Below, piece after piece: positions 19,583 to 29,567 of a stretch of DNA of 64,000 nucleotides; the stretch's first letter is position 1; every line of letters starts with the position of its first letter. A model generated the notes under the pieces. The model was not told where the DNA came from. It saw only the letters and a list, made by a program, of their open reading frames with translations, and ran no database searches. The position numbers were made by a program, and so were the translations under genes. Source of the DNA: Spirochaetia bacterium (GTDB taxonomy: Bacteria; Spirochaetota; Spirochaetia; SZUA-6; Bin103). The stretch is from assembly GCA_965199955.1 (NCBI GenBank), contig CBDATQ010000001.1, forward strand, positions 1,536,001 to 1,600,000. The letters run 5' to 3'.

Positions 19583-22327
19583 ATGAGTTCATCCGGAACC
19601 GATACGGTGTTGCGTTCCGACATCAGGCTGCTCGGCAACTTGCTGGGGCAGACCCTGGTCCGGCAGCACGGGCCGCAGCTCCTGGAGCTGGTGGAGCGGG
19701 TGCGCACGCTGAGCAAGCAGTCGCGCGACCCAGCGGCGGGAAGCGGCGCGCGCGCTGAGCTGACCTCCCTTCTGGAGGGCCTGGACATCGCCGACACCAC
19801 CAACCTGGTGCGTGCCTTCTCCACCTTCTTCCACTTGGCGAACGTCGCCGAGCAGACCCACCGCGTCGGCGAGCACGGACCGCGCAGCGGGGTCGGCCGC
19901 GGCCGGCTGCGCGCCCTGTTCGACCACATCGAGGGAGATGACGAGCGGTGCGCGGCACTGCGCGCGGCGGCGCCCCGCCTGGACGTGCGGCCGGTATTCA
20001 CCGCCCATCCCACCGAGGCGGCGCGCCGCTCCGTGCTGACCAAGCTGCAGCGCATCGGCGAGCTGCTCTACGACCGGGCGGACCCTCGCCAGACGGACGT
20101 CGACCTGGCCCGCATCGAGCGGCGGCTGGCCGAGATGATCGACCTGATTTGGCAGACCGACGAGCTGCGCGTCCACCGCCCGCGCCCGACGGACGAGGCG
20201 CGGGCGGCGGTCTACTACCTGAACGAGATGCTGCGCGAGGTCACCGGCGACCTGTTCGACGAGCTGGACGAGCAGATGCAGCGGGCCGGCATCGAGCTGC
20301 CGGCGCACGCGCGGCCGCTGAACTTCGGAAGCTGGGTCGGCGGGGACCGCGACGGCAATCCGCTGGTCACGGCGGACGTGACCCTGGACGTGCTGGAGCT
20401 GCAGCACGACCACGCCCTGCGCGAGTTGATCGGCGCCGTCGAGGGGTTGTCCGCGGAGTTAAGCAGCTCGGAGCACATCCATGGCGTGTCGGCGGAGCTG
20501 ACCCTCAGCCTGCGCCGCGACCGCCAGGCGCTGCCGGCGACCGACGGCCGCTTCCAGCGCGGCGGCACCGGCGAGAGCTACCGGCTGAAGCTCAACTACA
20601 TCCGCGAGCGGCTGGTGAACACGCGAGCGCGGATCGCCGAGGACACCCGGCACGTGCCGCGCCGCGACTACCGCAGCTCCGCGGAGCTGGTCGCGGAGCT
20701 GGAGATGCTGCAGCGGTCGCTGCGCGCCCACCGGGGCCAGGCGATCGCCGACGGGGCGCTGCGCCGCCTGCTGCGCCGCGCGGCGGCCTTCGGCTTCCAT
20801 CTGGCGACCCTGGACGTGCGCGAGCATGCCGAGAAGCACCACGCCACGCTGGCCGCCCTGTACCGCCGCCTGCCCGACGCACCGGACTACGCACGCATGT
20901 CGCCGGCCGAACGGTTCGATCTGCTGTCCACGGAGCTGCGCAACCGGCGGCCGATCGCGACCGCCGCGACCGATCTGCGCGGTGACCCGGGCCGCACGCT
21001 GGAGACGATGCGGGTGGTCCGCGCGGCGCTCGACCGCTTCGGCGCGCGCGCAATCGAGAGCTACATCGTCTCGGAGACGCTGGGCCCCGATGATCTGCTG
21101 GCAGCGGTGGTGCTGGCGCGCGAGGCAGGGCTGGTCGACATCGCTGCCGGCCGCGCGGTGATCGGATTCGTGCCGCTGTTCGAGACGCCTGAATCGATCC
21201 GGAAGGCAGAGGACACACTTCGCGCCCTGCTGGAGGAGCCGAGCTACCGCGAGCTCCTGCGGCTGCGCGGCGGCCGCCAGGAGGTCATGCTGGGCTACTC
21301 TGACTCGAACAAGCTGGCGGGGATCACCAGCGCCCAGTGGGAGGTGCATCGATGCGTGCGGAGGCTGCGCGACGTGGCCCGCGCGTACGGTGTACCGTTG
21401 CGGTTCTTCCACGGGCGCGGCGGCACGGTCGGGCGCGGCGGCGGCCCGACCGCAGAGGCGATTCTGGCCCAGCCCTGGGGAGCGGTGGACGGCACGATCA
21501 AGATCACCGAGCAGGGCGAGGTGGTGAGCGACAAGTACGGCCTGCCGCGGCTGGCGCGCGACAACCTGGAGCTGACGCTGGCCGCCTCCGTCGAGGCGGC
21601 GGTGCTGCATCGCAGCTCGACCCTCTCGGCGGACGATCTGAACCGGTGGGACGCGGTCATGGACATCACCTCGGGCGCCGCGTACCGGGCCTACCGCGAG
21701 CTGGTCGACCATCCATCCCTCGTCCACTACTTCCTGACCGCCACGCCCGTGGAGGAGCTGGCGTCGCTCAATATCGGGTCGCGTCCGGCGCGGCGTCCGG
21801 GCACGGGCGGCGGCATCGGCGGCATGCGGGCCATCCCATGGGTGTTCGGCTGGACGCAGACCCGCCAGGTCGTGCCGGGCTGGTACGGCGTTGGCAGCGG
21901 CCTGGCCGCCGCGCGTGAGGCCGGGGCGGACGCGCTGAGCGAGATGTACGAGCGCTGGCGCTTCTTCCGGATGTTCATCTCCAACGTGGAGATGACTCTT
22001 GCGAAGACCGACCTGGTGACCGCGCAGCGCTACGTGGAGGCGCTGGTCCCCGCCGAGCACCGGCAGATCTTCGACCTGGTCGCCGCCGAGCACGAGCGGG
22101 CGCTCCAACACGTGCTGGCCACCACCGGCAAGTCGACGCTGCTTGCCGACTACCCGGTGCTCAAGCGGACCCTGGAGGTACGCTCCGCCTATCTGGAGCC
22201 GCTGAACCTGCTGCAGGCGGTGCTGCTGGCCCGACACCGGAGCGCCGGCGCGGTGGACCGGCAGGTCGAGCGGGCGATCCTGCTCACCGTCAACGGCCTT
22301 GCCGCCGGCCTGCGCAATACCGGCTGA
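19583..22327 (+). CDS. ppc: Phosphoenolpyruvate carboxylase
   Basis: VFTAHPTE, SWVGGDRDGNP, QEVMLGYSDS, FHGRGGTVGRGGGP, RAIPWVFGWTQ, C-terminal LRNTG. Confidence 0.97.
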   Translation: MSSSGTDTVLRSDIRLLGNLLGQTLVRQHGPQLLELVERVRTLSKQSRDPAAGSGARAELTSLLEGLDIADTTNLVRAFSTFFHLANVAEQTHRVGEHGPRSGVGRGRLRALFDHIEGDDERCAALRAAAPRLDVRPVFTAHPTEAARRSVLTKLQRIGELLYDRADPRQTDVDLARIERRLAEMIDLIWQTDELRVHRPRPTDEARAAVYYLNEMLREVTGDLFDELDEQMQRAGIELPAHARPLNFGSWVGGDRDGNPLVTADVTLDVLELQHDHALRELIGAVEGLSAELSSSEHIHGVSAELTLSLRRDRQALPATDGRFQRGGTGESYRLKLNYIRERLVNTRARIAEDTRHVPRRDYRSSAELVAELEMLQRSLRAHRGQAIADGALRRLLRRAAAFGFHLATLDVREHAEKHHATLAALYRRLPDAPDYARMSPAERFDLLSTELRNRRPIATAATDLRGDPGRTLETMRVVRAALDRFGARAIESYIVSETLGPDDLLAAVVLAREAGLVDIAAGRAVIGFVPLFETPESIRKAEDTLRALLEEPSYRELLRLRGGRQEVMLGYSDSNKLAGITSAQWEVHRCVRRLRDVARAYGVPLRFFHGRGGTVGRGGGPTAEAILAQPWGAVDGTIKITEQGEVVSDKYGLPRLARDNLELTLAASVEAAVLHRSSTLSADDLNRWDAVMDITSGAAYRAYRELVDHPSLVHYFLTATPVEELASLNIGSRPARRPGTGGGIGGMRAIPWVFGWTQTRQVVPGWYGVGSGLAAAREAGADALSEMYERWRFFRMFISNVEMTLAKTDLVTAQRYVEALVPAEHRQIFDLVAAEHERALQHVLATTGKSTLLADYPVLKRTLEVRSAYLEPLNLLQAVLLARHRSAGAVDRQVERAILLTVNGLAAGLRNTG

Positions 22328-22376
22328 GCGTCATCCGGTGATCTGTCCCGCAAGGGATTGGAAGCAACGTGCGGTC

Positions 22377-22975
22377 CTAAAGCGCCAGTTCGGCGTCGTC
22401 GCGTATGAACGGACGGACGTCGCTGCGGGCCTGATCGAAGTCCACCTGCTCGAAGCGCCGCGTTAGGAGCCGGCGCAGGTGCGCGACGTCGAGGTCTTCG
22501 CCGCCTTGCCAGTGACCGGTCTGCTCCATGCGCGCCTGCAGGTGGCTGACGTCGCGCGGTATCTCCCGGCTCAGGTACCAACAAGGTCGTAGAAGTCGTG
22601 ACCCCTTACCCGCGCCTTCCCGTCGCGGCACAAAATCGCGTGCAGCTTGCCGGCGAACAGACTCGGCAGATCGAACAGCCGTACCTGAAACGGGATCGGT
22701 GTCAGCAGCGTCAGCACCTCGTGGCAGGCGAGGGGCGGTGGGTCGGTGTCCACGTCCAGTCTGATGCGCACCAGTTGCAGCCGTGGGAGCCGTTCCTGCA
22801 GGTAATCCGGCATGCCCACCTGAGCGAGATTGACCCGCATGCCGCCCTTGATGAACGCGGATTCGACGGCGGTGATCACGCGCTTTCTGCGCCGTTCGAC
22901 GCGGAAGTTGAACCCGAACGACGCGAGCTCCCGACGAATCGCTTCGAGGTAGGGTTCGAGGTCGAATCCCTTATT
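22377..22975 (-). pseudogene. AbiEii-family nucleotidyltransferase toxin, 5'-truncated and frameshifted
   Basis: VESAFIK, DVDTDPP, LPSLFAGKLHAILCR, R.DFYDLVWYL, HLQARM.QTGH. Confidence 0.8.
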
Positions 22976-23048
22976 AAGAAAGCTCGTGCCTCCTGCGGGG
23001 GAGATTCCCATTCTCATGTCGGACGCGGCTGCGGGGCGACGAGGGGCT

Positions 23049-23537
23049 CTAAAAGAACAGAACCAAAAGCACGATGCTGCTCAAGCCAGCAAGCAGGAAT
23101 GTCGCGGCGGCGATGACCCCGGACAGCGTGGCGAAGTCGGCCAGCCGAAAGGTCGCGTCCTCCACCGTGAACAGCACCTGCGAGCGGTCGGTCTCCCCAT
23201 CCACGAACCGCCTCAATCCGGTTTCTGCGCTGTGGGCTTCCTTGACCGAAACGGCGGTCACCAGGATCATCGTCAGGGCCGACGCCAGGGTGCCGAAGCC
23301 GAACAGCACCAGCGTCGCCAGGGCGAGCCAGTGGAACGTGGCAGTCTCATTGCCGCCGGCCGCGCTCATGAAGCCGATGATCAGCGCCACGCCGCCGCCG
23401 TTGCCGAACAGCAGCAGACGCACCGACTCGGTAATCAGCCGGAACATCGAGCTGCGCCGCATGGTGATGACCTTGTACAGCTCGCGCAGCCACTCCTCGC
23501 CGGTCTCCTCGGCGGAGAAATCTTCCAGCTTCTTCAA
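23049..23537 (-). CDS. Hypothetical membrane protein (3 TM), last gene of the SPFH operon
   Basis: Hydrophobic segments and an LLLFGNGGGVAL motif; starts 5 bp after the SBP gene. Confidence 0.65.
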   Translation of the reverse strand: MKKLEDFSAEETGEEWLRELYKVITMRRSSMFRLITESVRLLLFGNGGGVALIIGFMSAAGGNETATFHWLALATLVLFGFGTLASALTMILVTAVSVKEAHSAETGLRRFVDGETDRSQVLFTVEDATFRLADFATLSGVIAAATFLLAGLSSIVLLVLFF

Positions 23538-23542
23538 AATCG

Positions 23543-24718
23543 CTACTCCCGTTGGGTCGAGTCATCGGCCCCGAAGTGGGTCAATCTGATGTAGTGGGAG
23601 CCGACATTCGTGCCGGATTCGAAGCGAATGGTCCAGTCATCGATCGCCACGGGATCCGGCGACAACGCGGTGCTCAGAAAGCGGTCACGCGTCAACTCAC
23701 CGTCCATCCGTTCCAGTACATCGATGACGAACCGACCCAAGACATACCCTTCCAGGGACACGGTGTCGATCAGGTGGGGCGCCGACTCGGCGTGCGTGAC
23801 TATCATCGCATCCCGGAACCTTCGGACTAGTGGCCGCATGGTGTCGTCCGGATCCGGCACTACTTCCGTCACCAGGATTCGTTCGTTCGGGTGCTCCACC
23901 GCGCTCCGGAGGTTGTTGGAGCCCACGAAGGACAGGTTGGCGATCACGTATTCATGTCCCAGCGCGTGTGCGAGATTGATGATCAGCGTATTGACGGCGT
24001 AGCTCCCCACGACGAGGATGCCGTCAAGATCAGCCTTCGCCAGCGTGAACAGGCTGGCATGGACCGCGTGCGTGTTCCGAGAAAAGGTAGATCGCGCCAG
24101 CAGTGGGAGGTCGTAACTGTCCAGAACCGCCCGATAGTTCCTGAGCACCGAGCGTCCGAACTCGTCGTCCTGATAAATGATGCCGAACCGCCGGATCCCC
24201 CGCTTTTCGAACATCTCGTCGACCAGCACGCGGGTTTCGTCGAAGTACCCGGCGCGCAAATTCACGACGTTGGGGAACCGCTCGGCGTCGCGCAGGAAAT
24301 CGGCGCCCGTGAACGGGCCGACGAATGGAACCTCCGCAGCTCTCAGGATCGGCGCCAAGCGCTTCGCGGTAGGCGTGCCCACGCCGCCGATGACGGCGAA
24401 GACGTCGTTCCCGTCCACGAACCTGCTGGCATTGGCGGCGGCGAGTTCCGGCTCATACGCATCATCCAGGGGGAGGATTGCGAGCGAACGGCCGCCGACG
24501 CCGCCGCGCGCGTTCCGCTCCGCGAAGGCGGCCTCGATGCCGGCGCGGTAGTGGACTCCAAGATGGAAACTCGGACCCGAGAAGGCGGCGCTCTGGCCGA
24601 ACGTGATAGCGTCGTCGGTCACCCCCGGCTCCGCCGTCGCAGGCAGGGAAACCGCAAGCCGGACGAGGCAGAAGGCCGGCACGGCCCAGCGTCTCAGTCG
24701 GATCGGAAGCTCACTCAT
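23543..24718 (-). CDS. Type-1 periplasmic solute-binding protein (branched-chain amino acid-like)
   Basis: Signal peptide, PGVTDDAITFGQSAAFSG, DDAYEP, GGVGTPT, NLRAGY, YQDDEFG. Confidence 0.88.
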   Translation of the reverse strand: MSELPIRLRRWAVPAFCLVRLAVSLPATAEPGVTDDAITFGQSAAFSGPSFHLGVHYRAGIEAAFAERNARGGVGGRSLAILPLDDAYEPELAAANASRFVDGNDVFAVIGGVGTPTAKRLAPILRAAEVPFVGPFTGADFLRDAERFPNVVNLRAGYFDETRVLVDEMFEKRGIRRFGIIYQDDEFGRSVLRNYRAVLDSYDLPLLARSTFSRNTHAVHASLFTLAKADLDGILVVGSYAVNTLIINLAHALGHEYVIANLSFVGSNNLRSAVEHPNERILVTEVVPDPDDTMRPLVRRFRDAMIVTHAESAPHLIDTVSLEGYVLGRFVIDVLERMDGELTRDRFLSTALSPDPVAIDDWTIRFESGTNVGSHYIRLTHFGADDSTQRE

Positions 24719-26132
24719 AATCGCCTTGCGCGCTCTCGTCCGGGGCGGGTGGCGGGTCTGTCGCGTTCTGCTCCACGGTAGGCTGTGCTGCCGGGGCCTG
24801 GTCCGTGGGCGCCTGACCCGTATCGACGCCCGTCACCTGCGCCGCAGCGTGGGCGGCGACGCTCGGTTGCTCCGCGGCCGGCTGTCCGGCTCGGCGGACG
24901 CCGGTGATGTGCCGATGCGTGAAGATCGACGGGTCGTCGAACAGCAGCGACCGGGGGGGCGCGGCACCGTGATCGCGTTCGGTGAGCGGCTCGTGGAACT
25001 GCCCGTCGAGCAGCAGCTTGTCCGCCTCCACGGTCTCGATCGTGTGCATGCCAGGCGGCCGCAGCGTGGGTAGCAGCGGCCGATCCGCGGCCTCGTCCGC
25101 GCGGCCGGCCGCGGTCATGCGATCGGGCGGCATGGCCGCCGGCGGGTACGCGGTGATGCCGTCCAGCATGTTGACATCGATGTTCGCCTCGGCGCCCGGA
25201 CTGACCGCAGCCAAGTGGGCATCGGCAAAGATCGTACGCATGCGCTGCCAGTAGCGCGTGATTGCTACCGGTACCGGCTGCGATCGGTACTCGTCAAGCA
25301 GCGCCGAGAAGGCGGTGGCGCCGGCGCGCGCCTGCAACACGCGTTCCCTGGCCTTCGCCTTCGCACTCAACACCAGCGCATCCGCCTGGCCGCGTGTGTG
25401 AGCGAGGAGTTGTTCCTGTTGCCGGTTGGCTTCACTCACCGTCTGCATGCGCTCGGCGATGGCGTCGTTGACGTCCCGGAACGCGGCGAGGGTCTCGCCG
25501 ATCGGGCGGACTTCGACGATGTTGAGCGAGACGATCTCCAGGCCGATGTCGTAGTCTGTGAGGTGTTCGGCGATCCACTCCGTCAGGTGCCGCTGGATGT
25601 AGTCGCGATTCTGCGTGAAGATCAGATCGACGAAGTTGCTTCCCACGATGTCGACCAGTTGCTCGCGCGCGACCACGGTGAGCAGCCGGTGCGGGTCGGA
25701 TGACGCGTACAGGTATTTCTTCAGGTCGTCGATGCGGTACTGCACGATCAGGTCGATCTCCAGCAGGTTGGTGTCGCCGGACAGGATGGTGAACGCGAGG
25801 GCGCCGGCGGCGTCGCCCTGGCTGGAGATCCGCTGGCGCTCGATGCGCATGACCTTGCGGACGTGCACCTGTTCGACGACGGGGATGCGGTAGTGCAGGC
25901 CGGGCTCGACGACCGCGGCTACCACCTTCCCGAACCGCACGCGGACGCCGCGCTCCTCTTTCTTGACGGCGTAGAATCCGCTGGCCAAAACAGCTGCGAC
26001 GGCCATCGCCACGGCCGCCGCGAGGATTCTGGTCTTGTGCGCCGCCACGTAGTCGAACACCGCATAGATGGCGCGCGTGCTCGGAGGCAGCGGCGCTCCG
26101 TCACTCATCTTCCCGCTCTCGCTCGCGTCCAC
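24711..26132 (-). CDS. hflK: HflK-like SPFH protein with an extended C-terminal tail
   Basis: TM segment, GVRVRFGKV..PGLHYRIP, SGDTNLLEIDLIVQYRI, AFRDVNDA, coiled coil. Confidence 0.85.
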   Translation of the reverse strand: MDASESGKMSDGAPLPPSTRAIYAVFDYVAAHKTRILAAAVAMAVAAVLASGFYAVKKEERGVRVRFGKVVAAVVEPGLHYRIPVVEQVHVRKVMRIERQRISSQGDAAGALAFTILSGDTNLLEIDLIVQYRIDDLKKYLYASSDPHRLLTVVAREQLVDIVGSNFVDLIFTQNRDYIQRHLTEWIAEHLTDYDIGLEIVSLNIVEVRPIGETLAAFRDVNDAIAERMQTVSEANRQQEQLLAHTRGQADALVLSAKAKARERVLQARAGATAFSALLDEYRSQPVPVAITRYWQRMRTIFADAHLAAVSPGAEANIDVNMLDGITAYPPAAMPPDRMTAAGRADEAADRPLLPTLRPPGMHTIETVEADKLLLDGQFHEPLTERDHGAAPPRSLLFDDPSIFTHRHITGVRRAGQPAAEQPSVAAHAAAQVTGVDTGQAPTDQAPAAQPTVEQNATDPPPAPDESAQGDYE

Positions 26133-26137
26133 TCGCG

Positions 26138-27055
26138 CTACTCCGGTGGCGCGGGGATCCGGTTGGCGTCCAGATACTGGAATAGTTCGCTGTCGGCCGG
26201 CAGCAGGAGGGTGGTGCGGTCGTCGATGATCGAGTCGTAGCTGTCCAGCGCGCGGATGAATTTGTAGAACTCGGGATCCTCGCGGTACGCCGATCCCAGC
26301 AACGCCATCGCCTCTGCCTCCGCCTGGCCCAGAATGGCCGTCGCCTCGGCGTGGGCATCGGCCATCAGCCGCTCGTGCTCGTTGATGGCCAGCGCCTCGA
26401 TGCGGAGCGCCATCTCCTCGCCTTCGCTCCGGTAGCGGGCGGCGATGCGCGCGCGTTCGGCGACCATGCGCAGGATAACGCTCGGACGGTTTTCGGGCGG
26501 CAGCGTGTACTCGATGATGCCCGCCTTGATCACGTCGATGCCGTATGCGGCGTCGGCAATCGGCCGGATCCGGGAGAGGATCTCCCCGGACGCTATGTGG
26601 CGCTCCTCGCGTTGCAGCCCAAGGCTTACGAACGCATCGCGCGACTTGTTGCTGATGACGATGCCGCTGCCGGCGAGGTAGAGGTCACGCAGGCGTTCGA
26701 TGGCGTTGGCCTCGGTGCGGATCGCCTCGACGAACCTGATCGGGTCCGTGACGCGCCAGAGCAGATATCCGTCCACCAGGACGTTCTTCTGATCCTCGGT
26801 GATCAACTCCTGGACCATTCCGTCGAGGGTATGAATGCGCCGGTCGACCTTGTAGATCGTCGCGATGGGACGCGGGATCTTGAGATGCAGGCCGGGTTGG
26901 CGGATAGGAGGCCGGATCTTTCCGAAGTGGGTCAGCACCCCCTGTTCGGCCTCGTCGATGATATAGAAGCTGTCGGCTGCCACCACGAGGACGAGGAGGA
27001 CCGCAATCGCGGCGGCGACTCTCTTCCCTATCTTGCCGTTTCCTTTCTTGCTCAT
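26138..27055 (-). CDS. hflC: HflC-like SPFH protein
   Basis: PGLHLKIP, ITEDQKNVLVDGYLLWRVTDP, RMVAERARIAARYRSEG, DPEFYKFIRALDSY. Confidence 0.9.
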   Translation of the reverse strand: MSKKGNGKIGKRVAAAIAVLLVLVVAADSFYIIDEAEQGVLTHFGKIRPPIRQPGLHLKIPRPIATIYKVDRRIHTLDGMVQELITEDQKNVLVDGYLLWRVTDPIRFVEAIRTEANAIERLRDLYLAGSGIVISNKSRDAFVSLGLQREERHIASGEILSRIRPIADAAYGIDVIKAGIIEYTLPPENRPSVILRMVAERARIAARYRSEGEEMALRIEALAINEHERLMADAHAEATAILGQAEAEAMALLGSAYREDPEFYKFIRALDSYDSIIDDRTTLLLPADSELFQYLDANRIPAPPE

Positions 27056-27071
27056 CAGTCGCGTGTTCCTC

Positions 27072-29384
27072 CTATCGGGTGGTATCGGCGAGCCCCTCTG
27101 CCGATCGCTTCCAGAGCGCCACCGTGCCAAGGCTCTGCTGGCTGGGAATGATGATTTTCTTGTTGTCGCCGGCCAGCGCCGTCTCCAGCTTTTCGCGCCA
27201 GAGCATGTTCTGCAGCACGTCCGGCGCCGCCTGCATCGCGCGCGACACGACGCGGATCGCATCCGCCTCCGCGGCGGCAGCGGTCACGTTGCGGAACGCC
27301 TCACCGTCCGCCTGCTGGACCTCGTAGTAAGCGTTGCCGTGCGCCTGCGGGATCAGCGCCACCATGAACGTCTGCGCATCGACGATGATCCGCTCGCGGT
27401 CTTCCTGGGAGCTGGAGATCTCCCGGAACGCGTTCATCGTCTCTCCGATCGGCTGTATGGCCACCAGACTCACCTTGATCAGGTCGACCGTCTCCAGCAC
27501 CGGGATCGACTTACCGGAGGAACCTGTGAACAGCGCCTGAACCTCCGCTTCCAGATCTTCCCGCCGCACGTTCAGCAGATGATTCAGATCTTCCGCCCCC
27601 ACGAAGGCGCGTAGCTCGTCGCGTACGTTGTCGGCGATCACGTGTTCAGGGTTCTGCGTTCGGTAATGATAGACGTAGGGATCTCGTACGCGGTACTGGA
27701 CGTTCACGGACAGCGATAGCAGGTTGAGATCGCCCGACAGGTACTCGTACGCCAAGGGGTTGGTGACCGACTTGATCTCCAGGACCGGCCAGTGGTCGAT
27801 GCGGACCAGCGGCCGCGGCGCCAGGTAGTGCAGGCCCGGTGGAAGGTCGCGCCAGACGACCGCCCCGAACAGTCGCCCGTACCCCACCGAATCGGGAGGC
27901 ACCGCGGTAAAGCCCGTCGCTAGAAACACGGCGATCAGCAGGAGCCAGAGGGTCCTGCCAAGCGGCGTGGCGGGGGAGATCACGCCGACGAGTCGACGGT
28001 CGCGGGTCAGGCGGCGCCAAGCCCGTATCCACGGTGGAGCAAAGGTCCGCAGGTTGGCGAGCAGATCCTGGTAGCCGCTCCTCAGGGCACCGGCCTTGAA
28101 CCGCCAGACGATCAGGGCGATGAGGAGAAAGGCGCCGGCCCACTCTATGAACTCGATGGCCGGCGCCTGGACGGCTCCCAGATTGACGGACAGGGTCACT
28201 CCGGCGGCGATCAGCAGCGTGTCGATCAGGATCCCGATTACGACGGTCACGGCGATGACCGAGGCGACGTACACCGTCGCGAAGCGCGCGCCGAACTGGT
28301 TGGCGATGATCGCGATGGTGCCGGTGTTGGTGGCCGGTCCGGTCATGAGAAAGATCAGCGCCGCGCCCGGGCTGACCCCCCCCTGACGACCAGCGCGGCG
28401 GCGATCGGAGTGCTGGCGGAGGCGCAGATGTAGAGGGGAACGCCGACCAGCACCATGATCGGATAGGACAGCCAGCGCGCATACTCGTTGGCCATCAGGT
28501 CAGCCGGAATCACCAGATAGAGCACACCGCCGAGCGCGATGCCCACCAGCAGCGAGAACAGGATGTCGTCCGCTATCTCGACGAACCCGTAGCGGAATAC
28601 GTGGCGGATGATGGTCGTGAAGTCCAGGTCACCGGCGTTTCCGTTTGGCTTGGTCCGGCTTGGGGAGCTCTCTCTGGAATGGGCCGCGGACTCTCGGTAA
28701 AACGCGGGCTTAACCCAGGTGACGAACTTCCGGGTCCCGAGCGTCTCGCCGACTCTCCGTACCGTGCGTCGCGCCCAAGCAACGAGTGCCGACTTCAGGA
28801 GAGAGAGCGGTACGTAGCAGTCGTCGCTGCCGGGCAGCAGCGATTGGTGTGTGTCGTGATCGTGATCATGATGGTCGTGGTGCTCATGAGCGTAATCGGG
28901 ATGGTCATGGTTGTGATGGTGGTCCTCAGGGTGGTCATGCGATGCCGGGCGGTCGCGGTCTCGGATCAGGCCGATGCAGAAGATGCCGGCCACCACGGCG
29001 GTGATGAAGCTGATGACAGGGCGCACTACCGCGGCCACGAACCCGAAGAAGGCGTTGGTGATCAGAATCGAGTCCGCCCCGGTCTCCGGTGCGGTGATCA
29101 GGAACGACATGCACGACGACCGTGAAGCGCCTTATCCTGTTCATCTCGGCGACCACCGGGACCACGGAGCAACTGCACAGCGGAACGGGCACGCCGACCG
29201 CGGCGCTGGCGCTCACCGACTTCAGACTGTCGTGGCGCAGCCAGCGGAGAATGGCCTGACGCGAGATCATCACGTGAATCACGCCGGCAAGGAACAGCCC
29301 GAGCAGCAGCATCGGCGCCAACAACAGAAAGGACGACCAGAGGAAGTCGGCAAATCCGGCCAGCGTTCTTAAGGTCTCCAGCAT
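27072..29384 (-). CDS. ArsP/DUF318 (SO_0444-like) metal permease fused to an HflK-like SPFH domain; two frameshifts (~29135 and in a G8 run at 28376-28383)
   Basis: PVPLCSCSVVPV, FLITAPETGADS, His-rich loop, VPLYICASASTPIAAAL and GPATN. In frame with GPATN follow PGLHYLAP..SGDLNLLSLSVNVQYRV..AFREISSS..IPQAHG. Confidence 0.8.
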
Positions 29385-29463
29385 CTTTAGTCTTCTGTGA
29401 TTGCAGGACTCAGCTCAGAGAGTCCCATGAGCCCGCAAACGGAAACTGACACCGTCCGAGCCA

Positions 29464-29548
29464 AGCTTGCGTGAACCGCGAACTCTTGTCAAGGGCAGGG
29501 TTGACAACGGCATGCGTATCTGCTGCAATTGCAAGAACATTATCAGTT
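29464..29548. promoter_or_regulatory. Back-to-back sigma70-type promoters with a Fur/Zur-family box
   Basis: TGTCAA at 29487-29492 (minus-strand -35) and TTGACA at 29501-29506 (plus-strand -35), each 17 bp from a weak -10 (CAAGCT / TGCAAT). AT-rich dyad AATTGCAAGAACATTATCAGTT at 29527-29548. Confidence 0.6.
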
Positions 29549-29567
29549 GATCGAAGGAAGGGGACAC

